64,000 nucleotides of DNA from Octopus vulgaris (Eukaryota): positions 103,912,001 through 103,976,000 of the forward strand of contig OX597814.1 in the NCBI GenBank assembly GCA_951406725.2, in the 5' to 3' direction. Below, piece by piece: positions 13,383 to 26,820 of the stretch (its first letter is position 1; each line of letters opens with the position of its first letter). The notes beneath the pieces were generated by a model. It searched no databases and was not told where the DNA came from. It saw only the letters and a program-made list of their open reading frames with translations. A program made the position numbers and the translations under genes.

Positions 13383-13568
13383 TCTATGACCTTAGACAAG
13401 TTCCTCTACTCCACTATACTCTTTCCTTACAAATCTATGACCTTAGACAAGTCACTCCACTCTGCTGTTTTCTTCCTTATAAATGTTTGACTTTAAATAA
13501 GTTCTTCCACTTTACTTTACTCATTTCCTATGTATGACTTCAGACAAGTTCCTTCACTCCACTGTAGC
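13383..13568. repeat. ~50-bp degenerate tandem repeat x4 (TCTATGACCTTAGACAAGTT...)
   Basis: Units start at about 13383, 13434, 13484 and 13531. Confidence 0.75.
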
Positions 13569-15205
13569 TATTACCTGAACTCTGTGTACAAAAATCTATG
13601 TCATAATTAGCCAACAAATGAGCCTCTAGAAATAGCTGCTAAATTCCCTTCAGGTCACATCCTAGTCTTAAAACAGAAGGATACATTGCATGTTTATAGT
13701 TGCAGAAGTTTTGTTTAAAATAAAGACAAAACAGTCTTAGCAGGAATAACATTTGTTAATTAGCATTCCTGCCGGTGGCACGTAAAAAGCACCATTTGAG
13801 CATGATCATTGCCAGTGTTGCCTGACTGGCCCCTGTACCAGTGGCACGTAAAAACCACCATTCAAACGTGGTCGTTGCCATTGCCGCCTGACCGGCTCCT
13901 GTGCTGGTGGTATGTAAAAAGCACATAAATAGCACCACCATTCCTGCCGGTGGCACATAAAAAGCACCATTCAAGCATGGTCGTTGCCAGTATAGCCTGA
14001 CTGGTTCCTGTGCTGGTGGCACATAAAAAGCACCATTTGAGCGTGGTTGATGCCAGTACCCTCATGCTGGTGGTATATAAAAAGCACCCACTACACTCTT
14101 GGAGTGGTTGGTATTAGGAAGGGCATCCAGCTGTAGAAACTTTGCCAGATCAGATTGGAGCCTGGTGCAGCTTTCTGTCCAACCCATGCCAGCATGGAAA
14201 GCGGGCGTTAAACAACGATGAGAATGATGAACTTCGTCTAATTCTAAGACTGTTCTTACTAAACTGTAAGTGACTTTCTCAGTGACCAAATCCATTCATG
14301 ACCATCCTGTCTTTTCATCCCAGCAGTATATATATCAAACGCTACAGTATTCAGTGTCTCCTTCCTCTTTTAACACAATAGGATGTGATTTGAGAGAGAT
14401 TTGGCTACTGTTTCTAGTAGGTTGAGCAAGTACATCAAGGCCTTTACAACAGTTTCACTATGTTGTTGAATGGATTAAATCTATTTTTTTAAATGTTATT
14501 GAGGTACTTTGCTTAATTCTGTTGAGGTACTTGTGCTTGCATTGAACTGTGACACGATATGAACCCTTCACATGAGAAATAACACACACACACACACATA
14601 CACACACACACACATACACACACACACACATACACACACACATACCCATGCATGTATGTCCGACAGTAGAGTTTCCAGTGCCTAAGGATTCATGACTGGT
14701 TATCAAGAGCCGGGTGAAATGCTCAGCAATATTTCGTTTGCTGTTGTGTTCTGAGTTCAAATTCCACCGAGGTCGACTTTACCTTTTCATCCTTTCGGGG
14801 TCAATAAATTAAGTACCAGTTATGCACCGGGGTCGATGTAGTTGACTTAATCCCTTTGTCCTTCTTTGTCCCCTCTATGTTTAGCCCCTTGTGGGCAATA
14901 AGGAAATAAGATGTGACCATTTGATCTAAAGTGCTGACGATTCTACCAGCTCATCATGCTAATAATAATAATTATGATAATAATAATAATAATCTTCTCT
15001 ACTACAGGTACAAGGCCTGAAATGTGGGTAAGGCAGATAGTTGATCACATCAACCCCAGTACTCGACTGATACTTAATTTATCGATCCAGAAGAGGATGA
15101 AAGGCAAAGTTGACCTTGTTGGAATTTGAACTCAGAACATAAAGACAAGTGAAATATTGCTTAGCATTTTGCCTGATGTGCTAATGATTCTACCAGCTCA
15201 CCACC

Positions 15206-15239
<34 letters not shown>

Positions 15240-16007
15240 CAGAATCTCATTAGAATAATCAGAAATGGTTAATGATTTCTAAGATAAGAAGAAACAGTAT
15301 TTACCATTCTGTTTTAAGAAATGTAAGAACAGGAAACTAAAGTATTGACAAGATCAGCATTTACCATTTTAACATCTGTCTTGCTGTTGTGTTTGTGTGA
15401 GGTACTTTAGTTCTCACTACTTAATGGTGTTCACTGGTTGGACACAAATTCTATTTTTATCATAAAACACTTCCACATAAGAGGCTCTCGTTTTGTATTA
15501 CAAGATTCTGCTGTTTTCCATCATCATATGGTGCTGCTACACAAGAAAGTGTTTCTTGGTTCTTAGCTGTCTCCTTTGGTTTCTTATTAACTCTATCGTA
15601 TGTTGTTGTCAGACTTAACGAACCATCTCTGACAATTGTTTTAATTCCTAAGCAATGGGTTTTGATGGTAAGTCTTGGTTTATCTGTTCCAATTATGTTG
15701 GTTTCATTGAGCTAATAATTAGGGATGGTTATCTGCAAAAATGTAAGTAAAAAATGAAATCAGTTGCTCAAATCCTATTCCTGGTATCCTACTTGAAGTT
15801 TGGCGAAAATGATTTTAAAATTAGTTTAAGAGAGTAAATATACATAATAATAATAATAATAATTCTTTCAGATTTTGTCACAAGGGCAGCCATTTGGGGG
15901 GAGAGGTAAGTTGATTACATCAACCCCAGTGTTTCACTGGTATTAATTTATCAACCCCAAAAGAATGAAAGGCAAAGTTGACCTTGGTGGAATAACAATG
16001 ACCTTGG

Positions 16008-16148
16008 TGCCTATAATAATTGGTGCTTTGGGAAACGTAAACAAAGAGATAGACAAATGGCTGAAGGAGATTGAAATAGAATGAGCTCCTACAGAATGTT
16101 TGTCCCTTTGGGACAGCAAGGATTACCAGGAGGGTTCTAAGCACTTGA
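16008..16148 (+). pseudogene. C-terminal fragment of an RLE-type non-LTR element (R4/Dong/CRE-like)
   Basis: PIIIGALG...W...GTARITRRVL-like terminus. Confidence 0.5.
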
Positions 16149-17492
16149 AAGACTGCTGAAAACTTGTGGATACCTAAGGTTACAGGTAGTAATCCCTTAC
16201 CCACATAAATCCTACCAGGATTAAGACCGAACCTGAGCCAAACCAAAATAATAATAATAATAATAACAGATGGCACTCTGTTGATTATGATGATGAGGGT
16301 TCCAGTTGGTCCAATCAATGGAACAGCCTGCTTGTGAAATTAATCTGCATGTGGCTGAGTACTCCACAGACACATGTACCCTTATAATGTAGTTCTCAGG
16401 GAGATTCAGCATGACACAGAGTGTGACAAGGCCGGGTCCTTTGAAATACAGCTCATTTTTGCCAATGAGTGGATTGGAACAACATAAAATAAAGTGTCTT
16501 GCTCAAGGACACAATGCATCGCTGGGAATTGAACTCATGACCTTACGATTGTGAACCAAACACCCTAACCACTAATAACAATAATAATGATGATGATGAT
16601 GTTGATAATGGCTTAAAATTTTGGCAGAAAGTCAGAAATTTGGGTGGGAGGAGTTAGTGAATTACATGAACCTCAGTAAATGACTGGTATTTATTACTTT
16701 ATGAAACCCAAAAAGATAAAAGCTGACCTCAGCAGAATGTTCAACTCAGAGTTTGAACTAAAAGAAACAAGAGAATAATGATGGTTTCCTTTATTTGCCA
16801 CAGGGGTATCAGATGAAGGGGGCATTGTGAATATAGATAAGAATTTATGGTCAAGGGTCCCACAAGATGCTAACTATCATGGACTTCTTCATCCAATTGT
16901 CTGAATTATCTGAGATGAAAAAGCTGGAAGACATGTCATTCAGTATTGTGTGCGATGCTCTAAAGATTCTGCCTGATCGTCTCCCTTGATGATGATGACG
17001 ATGATGACGACGATGACGATGATGATGATGGTGATGATGACGATGATGTTGATGATGACAGTGATGATGATGATGATGCTTTCTATTATAGGCATAAGGC
17101 CTGGAATTTGTGGGGGCGGGTTAAGTCTCCTACATTGACCCCAGTACTTGACTGGTACTTTATTGACCCTGGACGGACGAAAGGCAAACTTGACCTCGGT
17201 GGAATTTGAACTCAGAACATAGACAGATGAAACGCTACTAATGATTCTGTCAGCTCACCATCTAATTATTATTATTATTAATAATAATAATAATAATAAT
17301 AATATTGGTTTCCTGTTTTGGGGGAGAGGTTAGTAGATTACATTGACCCTAGTATTTAACTGGTACAGGCAAACTTGACCTTGATGGAATTTGAACTCAG
17401 AACATAAAGACAGATGTAATGCTGTTAAGCATTTTGTCTGGCATCCTAACAATTCTGCCAGCTTGCCGCCATCAATTATGGTGATTATTAAT

Positions 17493-17685
17493 AATTCAGT
17501 TCTATATTTAAGAGATGAGGAATAAGGCACATTATTTACATTATTTACATTTGATGGATATTTGTCCTCATCTTGTTTGTTGTTAACACATTTTGGCTGA
17601 TATACCCTCCAGCCTTCATCAGGTGTCTTGGGGAAATTTCAAACCTGGGTTTTCATTCCTAAGGTATTTTTCGATGTTATTATTA

Positions 17686-17724
<39 letters not shown>

Positions 17725-17958
17725 TCACTGCTTGGAATCGAACTCAGAATCTTGAGGTTAGTAGCCCGCGCTCTTAACCACTACGCCATATAACATAGAG
17801 AAATACCTTAGGAATGAGAACCCAGGTTTAAAATTTCCGCCGCTTCTCCCACCCCCAGACACCTGATGAAGGCTGGAGGGTATATCAGCCGAAACGTTGT
17901 GTTAACAACAGACAAGATGAAGACAAATATCCGTCAAATGTAAATAATGTAAATAATG
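17493..17958 (-). mobile_element. tRNA-headed, hammerhead-bearing element with inverted terminal duplication (copy 1)
   Basis: Minus-strand tRNA-like head 17721-17791 (A box TGGCGTAGTGG, B box GAGTTCGATTCC), (AAT)n, then a tail; the tail is repeated in inverted form at 17790-17958. Confidence 0.75.
17858..17903 (+). ncRNA. Minimal type-I hammerhead ribozyme motif
   Basis: GACAC-CTGATGA-A-GGCTG(loop)CAGCC-GAAA-CG-TT-GTGTT; palindromic AACGTT stem III as in dimeric minimal hammerheads. Confidence 0.8.
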
Positions 17959-17989
17959 ATTGTTTCTAATTTAGGTACAGAGTCTAAGT

Positions 17990-18782
17990 ACCTAGAGAGA
18001 AATGTTGGACCTAAGAATCTTCAGATGTGGTGTGCAAGAGAGACGACTGCACTGGTATGGTCATGTGGCGAGAATGGATGAGGATAGCTGTGTGAAAAAG
18101 TGCCACACCCTAGCGGTTGAGGGAGCCTGTGGAAGAGGTAGACCCAGGAAGACCTGGGATGAAGTTGTGAAGCACGACCTTAGAACTTTAGGCCTCACCG
18201 AGGAAATGACTAGTGATCGAGACTTTTGGAAATATGCCGTACGCGAGAAGACCTGGCAAGCCAAATGAGATCATAATCTCGTGGCCTATGCCAGGGGCAT
18301 TACCTGCCCACTTTGTACCTTTTTCTTCTTTGGACACTAAAACTCTGCTTGCCAAGAGCTGTTGAGGCAAGTAAAATCAAATCAAAAATCAAAATCAAAA
18401 TCAAATTCGATGACTGGTGTCCCTGCTATTGGGGTGCAAAGAGCACCATACGAGTGTGATCATTGACAGAGCAGCTAACCGGCTTCCATGCCAGTGGCAC
18501 ATAAAAGGCACCATTTGAGTGTGATCGTTACCAGCATTGCCTTACTGGCACATGTAAAAACATTCAAGCGAGGTCGTTGCCAATACTGCCTGACTGGCCC
18601 CCGTGCTGGTGGCACGTAAAAGCACCCACTACACTCTTGGAGTGGTTGGCATTAGGAAGGGCATCCAGCTGTAGAAACTTTGCCAGATCAAGACTGGAGC
18701 TTGATGCAGCCATCTGGTTCGCCAGCCCTCAGTCAAATCATCCAACCCATGCTAGCATGGAAAGCAGATGTTAAATGATGAT
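17990..18782 (+). mobile_element. 5'-truncated RTE-clade LINE 3' end (ORF end + 3' UTR + GAT tail)
   Basis: RRLHWYGHVARM...GRGRPRKTW...W is the typical RTE ORF C-terminus, followed by the common 3' UTR. Confidence 0.85.
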
Positions 18783-20346
18783 ATATATATATACAAACAT
18801 ATATATATAATAGTGATGTTATAATAATAGCAAGGTGACATGACAGTAATAATACTCTCATATACTCTTGTCACATGACATATAGTAACTGTGTCATTGT
18901 CATATGACATAGTAACAATGACTTGTATTAATTCATGCCATGTCGACTTACATGAATTGACATTTGATCTGTTTTTATATTAAATATTGTCATCATCATC
19001 GTCATCATTATCTAACGTGTGATGTATTATTATACATTGTCATAACTGTGTTTCATAATTAAACTGCAACTAACCTCACCATCTAAGAAACGACACCATG
19101 ACTAGCTCTAAGTGTTGAAAAATGATGGGATGGTCACGGCTGGAGTGTCTTTGATCCTTGGCCTTTCTAATCAAGGCTGGCCCCAGAAACTAAACAACAA
19201 GTGACCTGTTAAGTTTCCCCCTCATCACCTCCTTCTGTCACATCACCCTAAACTCGTTCTCATTAACACCACCATACACCTCCTCTGCCCCCATCTTCCC
19301 TGTCATGTGGTCCTCCTCGTCCTTGGCATTGCTCTTCTCCCACATTTCACACACTGCTGCTAATCAAACCACTTAGGCTTATTATAACAAAAGCACTCAC
19401 CATCCTCCATTCGCTACCAACCACCAGATATTGTTGTTGTTGCTGTTGTCTTTCATCATATTACATTATAAATTAGTCACTGCTTCACCTATTTCCCTCC
19501 TTTTCCTCCCGTTACCCATAATGCATTCCTCAATGAAGATAATAAATTTCCTCTTAATTTATGTCTCGGATTTTATTTCAACTTTTTTAACAGCAACTTA
19601 TTTTTTCTTTTTGGAGGATTTTTTTTTTTTTGTGGTTTACAGTAAAATGAAATGAATAAATTAAACCTAACAAAATGAGTATTATTTGGTGAATATTTAC
19701 TCCAGAATTTGTGTGTGTGTGTGTGAGAGAGTGTGTGTATGTGGGAGAGTGAGAGAGAGAGAGAGTGTATGTGGGAGAGAGTGAGAGTGTGTGTGTGTGT
19801 GTGTGCGTGCATGCCTGTGTGTGTGCATGCCAGTGTGTGTTGTGTGAATGTGTGTGTATGTATGTATGTACAGTAGTGAATTGTCAAAATGTTGACCACG
19901 GGTTCTGTATAAAAGATTCCGGATCCAGCAATAAATTATTGCTACATGTATTACATCATGAACATATAATACTAGAATATTGCTACATTAAAATACCATC
20001 AGATTAATGTGTAATATTGGTTTCAAATTTTGGTTTAAGGACAGCAATTTTCAGGGAAGGGGGATAAGTTGATTACATCAACCCCAGTGCGTAACTGGTA
20101 CTAATTTTATTGACTGCAAAAGGATGAAAAGCAAAGTCAACCTTAGCAGAATTTGAACTCAGAACACAAACACGGTCTAAATGCTGCTAAGCATTTTGCC
20201 CATGTATGCTAACGATTCTGCCAGCTCACCACCTTCATCATCATCATCATCATTTAGCATCCGTTCTCCTAATGTTATATTATAATATCGCCTCATTAAC
20301 ATTTCACCTCATTAACATTTCGCCTCATTAACATATCACTTCATCC

Positions 20347-20381
<35 letters not shown>

Positions 20382-20573
20382 TAGACATATATATATGTGT
20401 TTGTATGTATATGTACAAGCATGTGTGAGTATGTATATAGAAGTATATACATATGTGTGTGTGTGTATATGTGGATTCTATGAATGAAGTTTTACTTTGA
20501 CCATGCCTATTGGTGTAATTTCCCTTTATTTAACCTTTTTTTTTTTTGGTTTTTTTTTCATAGCATTTTGTCT

Positions 20574-20636
20574 TAATAACTGATGAGATGCTGGAGCAGA
20601 CTTCAGCCCCGGTATCCGAAACTCTGAATTTTATTA
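20574..20636 (+). ncRNA. Hammerhead motif, diverged copy of the 11.5-kb family
   Basis: TAATAA-CTGATGA-GATGCTGG...CCGGTATC-C-GAAA-CTCTGAA-TT-TTATTA; stem I covaries relative to the 11554 copy; one mismatch in stem III. Confidence 0.7.
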
Positions 20637-20657
20637 TGACAACCAACTAATTGTCAC

Positions 20658-20692
<35 letters not shown>

Positions 20693-21949
20693 TATTTTAT
20701 ATTTTTACCTGTTTCAGCCATTTGACTACGGCCATGCTGGAGCACCGCCTTTAGTCAAGCAAATCAACCCCAGGACTTTTGCAAGCCTAGTACTTATTCT
20801 ATTGGTCTCTTTTGCTGAACCGTTAAGTTACTGGGACATAAACACACCAGCATCGGTTGTCAAGCGATGGTGGGGGGACAAACACGGATACACAAAGGCA
20901 CACACATACACACACACATGTACATACATATATATACAATGAGCTTCTTTCGGTTTCCATCTACCAAATCCACTCACAAGGCTTTGGTTGGCCTGAGGCT
21001 ATAGTAGAAGACACTTGCCCAAAGTGCCACGCAGTAGGACTGAACCTGGAACCATGTGGTTGGTAAGCAAGCTACTTACCACACATCCATGCCTGTGGCT
21101 GTGTGGTTAACATATCAGAAGAGGGTAAACCATGTTGCAATTGCATTGCAGTGGTTGTTGAGAAGAAAGAGTGAGAATAGCAAGTTTGGTGTTTTGTCTG
21201 CGATTGAAGCAATAAGGTTGCCGAGTAATGGGATAGAGAGGGGAGGTGGGAAGGTAGGGATGTGAGGGGAATGAAGGAGAAGGAGGTCAGGGTTGGACAC
21301 AATGATGAAAGTAGATATAACCTGAAAAAGGGATAGAGTTAAAGGGACTGGCTAAAGTTTTAAGGGAATGGAGGATAAGAAGGTGCAGTACATCAGAGAA
21401 CCATAGAATTATTGTTACCATGACAACAGGTTAAAGCATTGTGGGAAGGAAGAGGAGGAGGGGATAATTGTATAGGAGCAGGAGGTAGTAGGATGTAAGA
21501 ACATATGCAAACATGCAGTTACACTGATGCACAGTAACACACACACACACACACATACACAGATGTACATATGAACACTCATGTCCGTTTCCTTACTATC
21601 ACGATGGCAAATAAACTTTTTGGTGAAATACAAAATTTTAAGCAACAAAAATCGGATTAGGTTTTATTTCCAAACATTTACCTTTTTTCTTTTATTTCTG
21701 TTGAAATTTGTTTCAATTAATTTAGGAAACAACGATTAATTAAGTAAAATAGCTTTGTCATTATTAAGCTCATCTTTTGAAATGTAATGATGAAATTTTG
21801 ATGGAAATAAGGTTTTTAATTTAGATTATTTTAAAATCATGAAGGTTGATCTGAAAAGCCTTAACAATTCACTTGAATTGGTAGCTTCAGTGTTCACAGT
21901 AATATGACACTGTGGTGTCAAGAGGCACTGTACCATTTCTATGAAGGTC

Positions 21950-21989
<40 letters not shown>

Positions 21990-23288
21990 AGCATCAAACT
22001 GTTTGTTAACATTTATCAACTGAAAACCAATTGTTAAAGAGTTTTTGAATGAATTAATGTGACCTCATTATGTATGTCTCTCTCTTTCTGTGTGTGTGTG
22101 TGTGTGTGTGTCATCATCATTATCGTTGTTGTCTAACATCCGCTTTCCATGCTGGCATGGGTTGGACGGTTTGACTGAAGACTGGCGAGCCAGAAGGCTG
22201 CACCAGGCTCCAGTCTGATCTGGCAAAGTTTCTACAGCTGGATGCCCTTCCTAATGCCAACCACTCCAAGAGTGTAGTGGGTGCTTTTACATGCCACTGG
22301 CTTTAGGGCCAGTCAGGCAGTACTGGCATCGACCACGTTTGGATGGTGGTTTTTATGTGCCACCTGCATAGGAGTCAGTCTGGTGGCACTGGCAATGACC
22401 ATGCTCAAATGTTGCTTTTCACATGCCACCAGCACAAGTGCCAGTAAGGCAACATGTATATATATATGTGTGTGTATATATATATATATGTAAATAAACA
22501 AAAAAAAATGACGTCAAAAACTACAAATTGAAATTAACTGGTCAAAAAATAGGATAAGTTGAAGAGAACAAAAGAATGTCCAGAAAATCAAAAAATAATT
22601 CTCATATCATTTATATATAATATATATATTAGATGAAAAAATAATAAATAGATATAACCAAAGCTGCAGGCGTGGTAAGGAGGTTGCTTCCCAACCACAT
22701 GGTTCTGGGTTCAATCCCACTGCATGGCACCTTAGGCAAGTATCTTCTACTATATAGCCTTTGACTGACCAAAGCCTTTGAATGGATTTGGTAGATGGAA
22801 ACTGAAAAAAACCTGTCGTGTGTGTGTGTGTATATATATATATTTATGTGTTTGTGTCTGTTTGTCCCCCCCACCATCACTTGACAACTGATGTTGGTGT
22901 GTTTATGCCCCTGTAACTTAGTGGTTCAGCAAAAGAGACCAAAAGAATAAGTACTAGGCTTACAAAGAATAAGTCCTGGGGTTGATTTGTTCAATGAAAG
23001 GTGGTGCTCCAGCATGGCCACAGTCAAATGATGGAAATGCGTAAAAGAGGAAATAATTGAGAACAACTAAAGTAAAAATATTGCATACAGATAAATTGAT
23101 AAAGTATATATCATCATCATAGACATGTTTTCCACTGCTGGCCTGAAGTTGAATGGTTTGACAGAAGCTGCAAACCCTGAGGGCTGCACCAGGTTCTATT
23201 TATCTGTTCTGGTATGGATTCTACAGATGGATGTCTTTTCTAACACCAACCGCTTTACAGAGTCTACTGGGTGCTTTTTATGTGGCAC

Positions 23289-23327
<39 letters not shown>

Positions 23328-23880
23328 ACGTTGTGCAGAAGCATGTATATTTATTGAGTATAACCAAAGTGAAATGTTCATTTATATACCAAGATATATT
23401 TCTTTGAGACACATTATGTATTCATGTATTATATTATATTCCACATATTTATTAATGAAATGCTGTTTAGAAGTTTTCCGGGATGGATATGAGACGCTAC
23501 TAAAATAATTAATATATTCTTCACAGAGGCAGTGACCGAGACCTTTTGCATTATGTCGTGTTTAAGAAGATGACCCATTAAGCCAAGCAAAATCACAGTT
23601 GTGGCAGATATTGGTGTCACACAAACTGGCACCTGTGCCAGTGGCACATAAACGCACCCTGATATTATGCAGATGGCAGCCATGCTGGTGGCACATTAAA
23701 ACACCCATTACACTCTCGGATTGGTTGGCATTAGGAAGGGCATCCAGCCATAGAAAACCGTGCCAAATCAGACTGCAGTCTGGTGCAGCCTTCCAGCATG
23801 CCAGCCCAGTCAAACCATCTAACCCATGCCAGCATGGATAATGGACATTAAATGATGATGATGATAATGATGACGATAAA

Positions 23881-24115
23881 GGCAGCGAGCTGGCAGAAAC
23901 GTTAACACGCCAGACGAAATGCTTAGCGGTATTTCGTCTGTCTTTACATTCTGAGCTCATATTCCGCCATGGTCGACTTTGTCTTTCATCCTTTCGGGGT
24001 CAATTAAATAAGTACCAGTTATGCACTGGGGTCGATATAATCGACTTAATCCGTTTGTCTGTCCTTGTTTGTCCTCTCTGTGTTTAGCCCCTTGTGGGTA
24101 GTAAAGAAATAAATA
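23881..24115 (+). mobile_element. tRNA-derived SINE, family B, with a Nin/Deu-like core (other copies e.g. 39276-39500 +, 46650-46860 +, 61480-61705 +, 20015-20235 -, 50675-50885 -)
   Basis: GGCGAGCTGGCAGAA...GAGTTCAAATTCC...CTTTCATCCTTTCGGGGTC..AAGTACCAG; repeated many times. Confidence 0.85.
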
Positions 24116-24588
24116 GATGATGATAATGATGATTCTTGAATGTATAAGTTCATTCAGTAATTGGATTTTATACATAAACCTGATGAGTCAATATTTTGGC
24201 ATTATTAAGCATAATAATATCGAAGCAATATATTGTTACACATATCAAAATAATATAGCAATACTTTTAAAATACCCATGAAACAATTGTAAAATTTTGT
24301 AATAGATTGAATTGTTAACTCTATTCTCCTTGTTAATAATTATATAAACTCCACGGGTGTAAGATATGGATTGTCAGATATGTTATCAGTAAAACTATCC
24401 ATTTCCATTTTGATATGTCTGTCTGATCGCAACTGTTACCCATTTTTGAGCTGAATAAAGCAAACTCCAGGGTTAAAACCCAAATGAAATTGATATTACA
24501 TAAACATATGGTGGGGCTATTTATATGTGTGTGTGTGTTTAAATAAAAGGAAAACTATACTGAACAATGTTTATTAAAGTCACTCTCC

Positions 24589-24620
<32 letters not shown>

Positions 24621-26213
24621 GTATGTATGTATGTATATATATATATATATATAATTATAGCATCACTGCCACTGCAGTTCCATCTTCCCCACCACTCCCT
24701 GCTGTTGTTCCTTTAAGTCACTTTTTTTTTTGGTATTTTAATTACTAACAGACACACAACAAAAGTCATATGATTCAACCACAACAACAAGTTACTACAG
24801 AATAACCAACAGAGCAAAGTGAGGGACTGGAGTGTGGGTGGTGTGGAGTTAGTGGTGATGGGGGGGGAGCCATACATGACACTGAGAGCAGTGGAATATT
24901 TCAATCTTAAAATGTTGCACAGAATGGCAGACTCAGTAGTAAAACAGTTCTAAATAATGTGCATATAAGTATGTGTAATACATGCATGCACACACACACG
25001 TCTTTGCATCAAGAAATGGTTTAACAATCATCAAACTCCCACTTACCTCTCTGTGTTGACAATAGAGAGAGAGAGAGGGAGGAGACAGTTGTATAGTCCC
25101 ACCATGATAAGGTATTAGCAAAGGGAGTGTTCTTCCAGCAAGGGCCCAAGTGAAAGAAGTAGAACTGAATTTGGGTTCTGTAGTTTTATATTTTACTAAG
25201 TTAGGTCAGGCTAAACGAAGGTTTTTTTTCGTCTGTTATCTGCCCTGATCTAAATTTGACTTGAAATTAGCACAAGTTAAAAATTAACTCTCATAAATTT
25301 CTTTATGCAAAAGCTGAGAACAATAAAAAGGAATTCACAGAAAAATCTAGATTCTAAGAAGCAAGTGAACTACAAAGGCACCAATTCCACTGAATGTCAC
25401 CGATTCCTTCACCAATCTGCTACAAGCCTCCATTCACAATTCTGCCATTTCCTCTCTCGCTCTTTACGACAACAACCTTTGCTCTCCTCCACTTGTGTCT
25501 CTTCCTGTATTTCCCTTCGGCCTCAACACCACCCTCACCATTCACCTCCCAACTCATTGACAAACCTTCAAACATCATCACAACTGCATCCTCCACTTTT
25601 GTCCCCCATAAACAATGTGTCTTCATGGAATTGTTCTCAACAGTTGTGATGACGTTGTTGTTGTTGGTGGTGGTGGTGGTGGTGCTACAGTTTGCTCTGT
25701 AAAGAAATAATTTTAGATCTTAGTCAGTCCTTTTTCGATGAAGCAACAGACTGGATGCTTACCCAAAATCTAGAAACCAGCTAGATAGAACTTACACCCA
25801 AATGTTAAGAGCAGTCTTAAATACATCTTGGAGAAATCATCCCACCAAGAAACTGCTGCTTGTTTCCACCATTATAAGGGAAAGTCGTTTGCGCTTTGCA
25901 GGACATTGACTGGCAAAATAAACAAGAGCTGGCCAGTGACCCATTGCTGTGGATGCAAACATGGTCATACTTGAACAGGTTGTCTGTACACAATGTAAAT
26001 CAAACTTTACAGAGACACTGGATGCTTCCCTGAAGACCTCCCTCAACTGATGCAGGACCAAGATGGATGGCATGTGCGAGTTGAAAGATGATGATGATGT
26101 CATAATTATTAATTTTGTTATGTCCCAGCACCTTGTTGTACTATTCTCTCTCTCTCTCTCTCTCTCTCTAATGTCAATAAAATCCAAAATGTCATTTTTC
26201 CTTTCCATTCCAG

Positions 26214-26267
26214 TGAGAAGGCCATTGCCGTGACAGGGGACCGGGGACCACAAATTGCTGCTGATTG
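26214..26267 (+). CDS. UBASH3B: UBASH3/STS homolog, internal exon (C-terminal half of UBA domain: EKAIAVTGDRGPQIAADW)
   Basis: Polypyrimidine tract + CAG acceptor, GTAAGC donor; 54 nt, phase 2-2. Peptide matches the UBASH3 UBA pattern 'EKALAxTGxRGxQxAxDWL' and joins the next exon in frame (TG|G = W). Confidence 0.9.
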
Positions 26268-26726
26268 GTAAGCAAGTTTTATTTGTGTTGTTATAGTTTT
26301 AGAATTTATTCTTTTATTGATTGTTAGTCAATAAACTGTGGCCATGCTGGAGCACCACTTTTAACAGTTTATGTCAACACATTCTGATACACGTTTGATT
26401 ATTCTTGATAAAAACAAAATGTAAAAAAAAAAAAGACATTGATGTGAAGGGAGATAACTTAACATTAATTGCACAGATTTGGTATGTGGAAACTGAAAGA
26501 AGCCTGTCAAGTGTGTGTGTTTGTGTGTATTAGTCCCCTACCGCTGCTTGACAACTGGCATTGGTGTGTTTATGTCCCTATAACTTAACAATTTGGCAAA
26601 AGAGACTGATAGAAAAGGACCAGGGTTTTAAAAAATGAGTCTTGGCGTTGATGATTTGTTTGACTAAAATTCTGCAGGGCAGTGCCCCAGCATGACCACA
26701 ATCGAATGTCTGAAACAAGTAAAAGA

Positions 26727-26760
<34 letters not shown>

Positions 26761-26778
26761 ATGTATATAATATAAACT

Positions 26779-26820
<42 letters not shown>

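Noticed and set aside
15613-15667. Possible UBA 'MGF' exon (ATGGGTTTTGATG|GTAAGT)
   Set aside because: In-frame stop just upstream, and the phase is incompatible with the 26214 exon. At most a non-coding or cryptic exon.
24177-24240. CTGATGA-GTCAATATTTTGGC...CGAAG hammerhead-like stretch
   Set aside because: No GAAA at the proper place and no convincing stem I; too degenerate to call.
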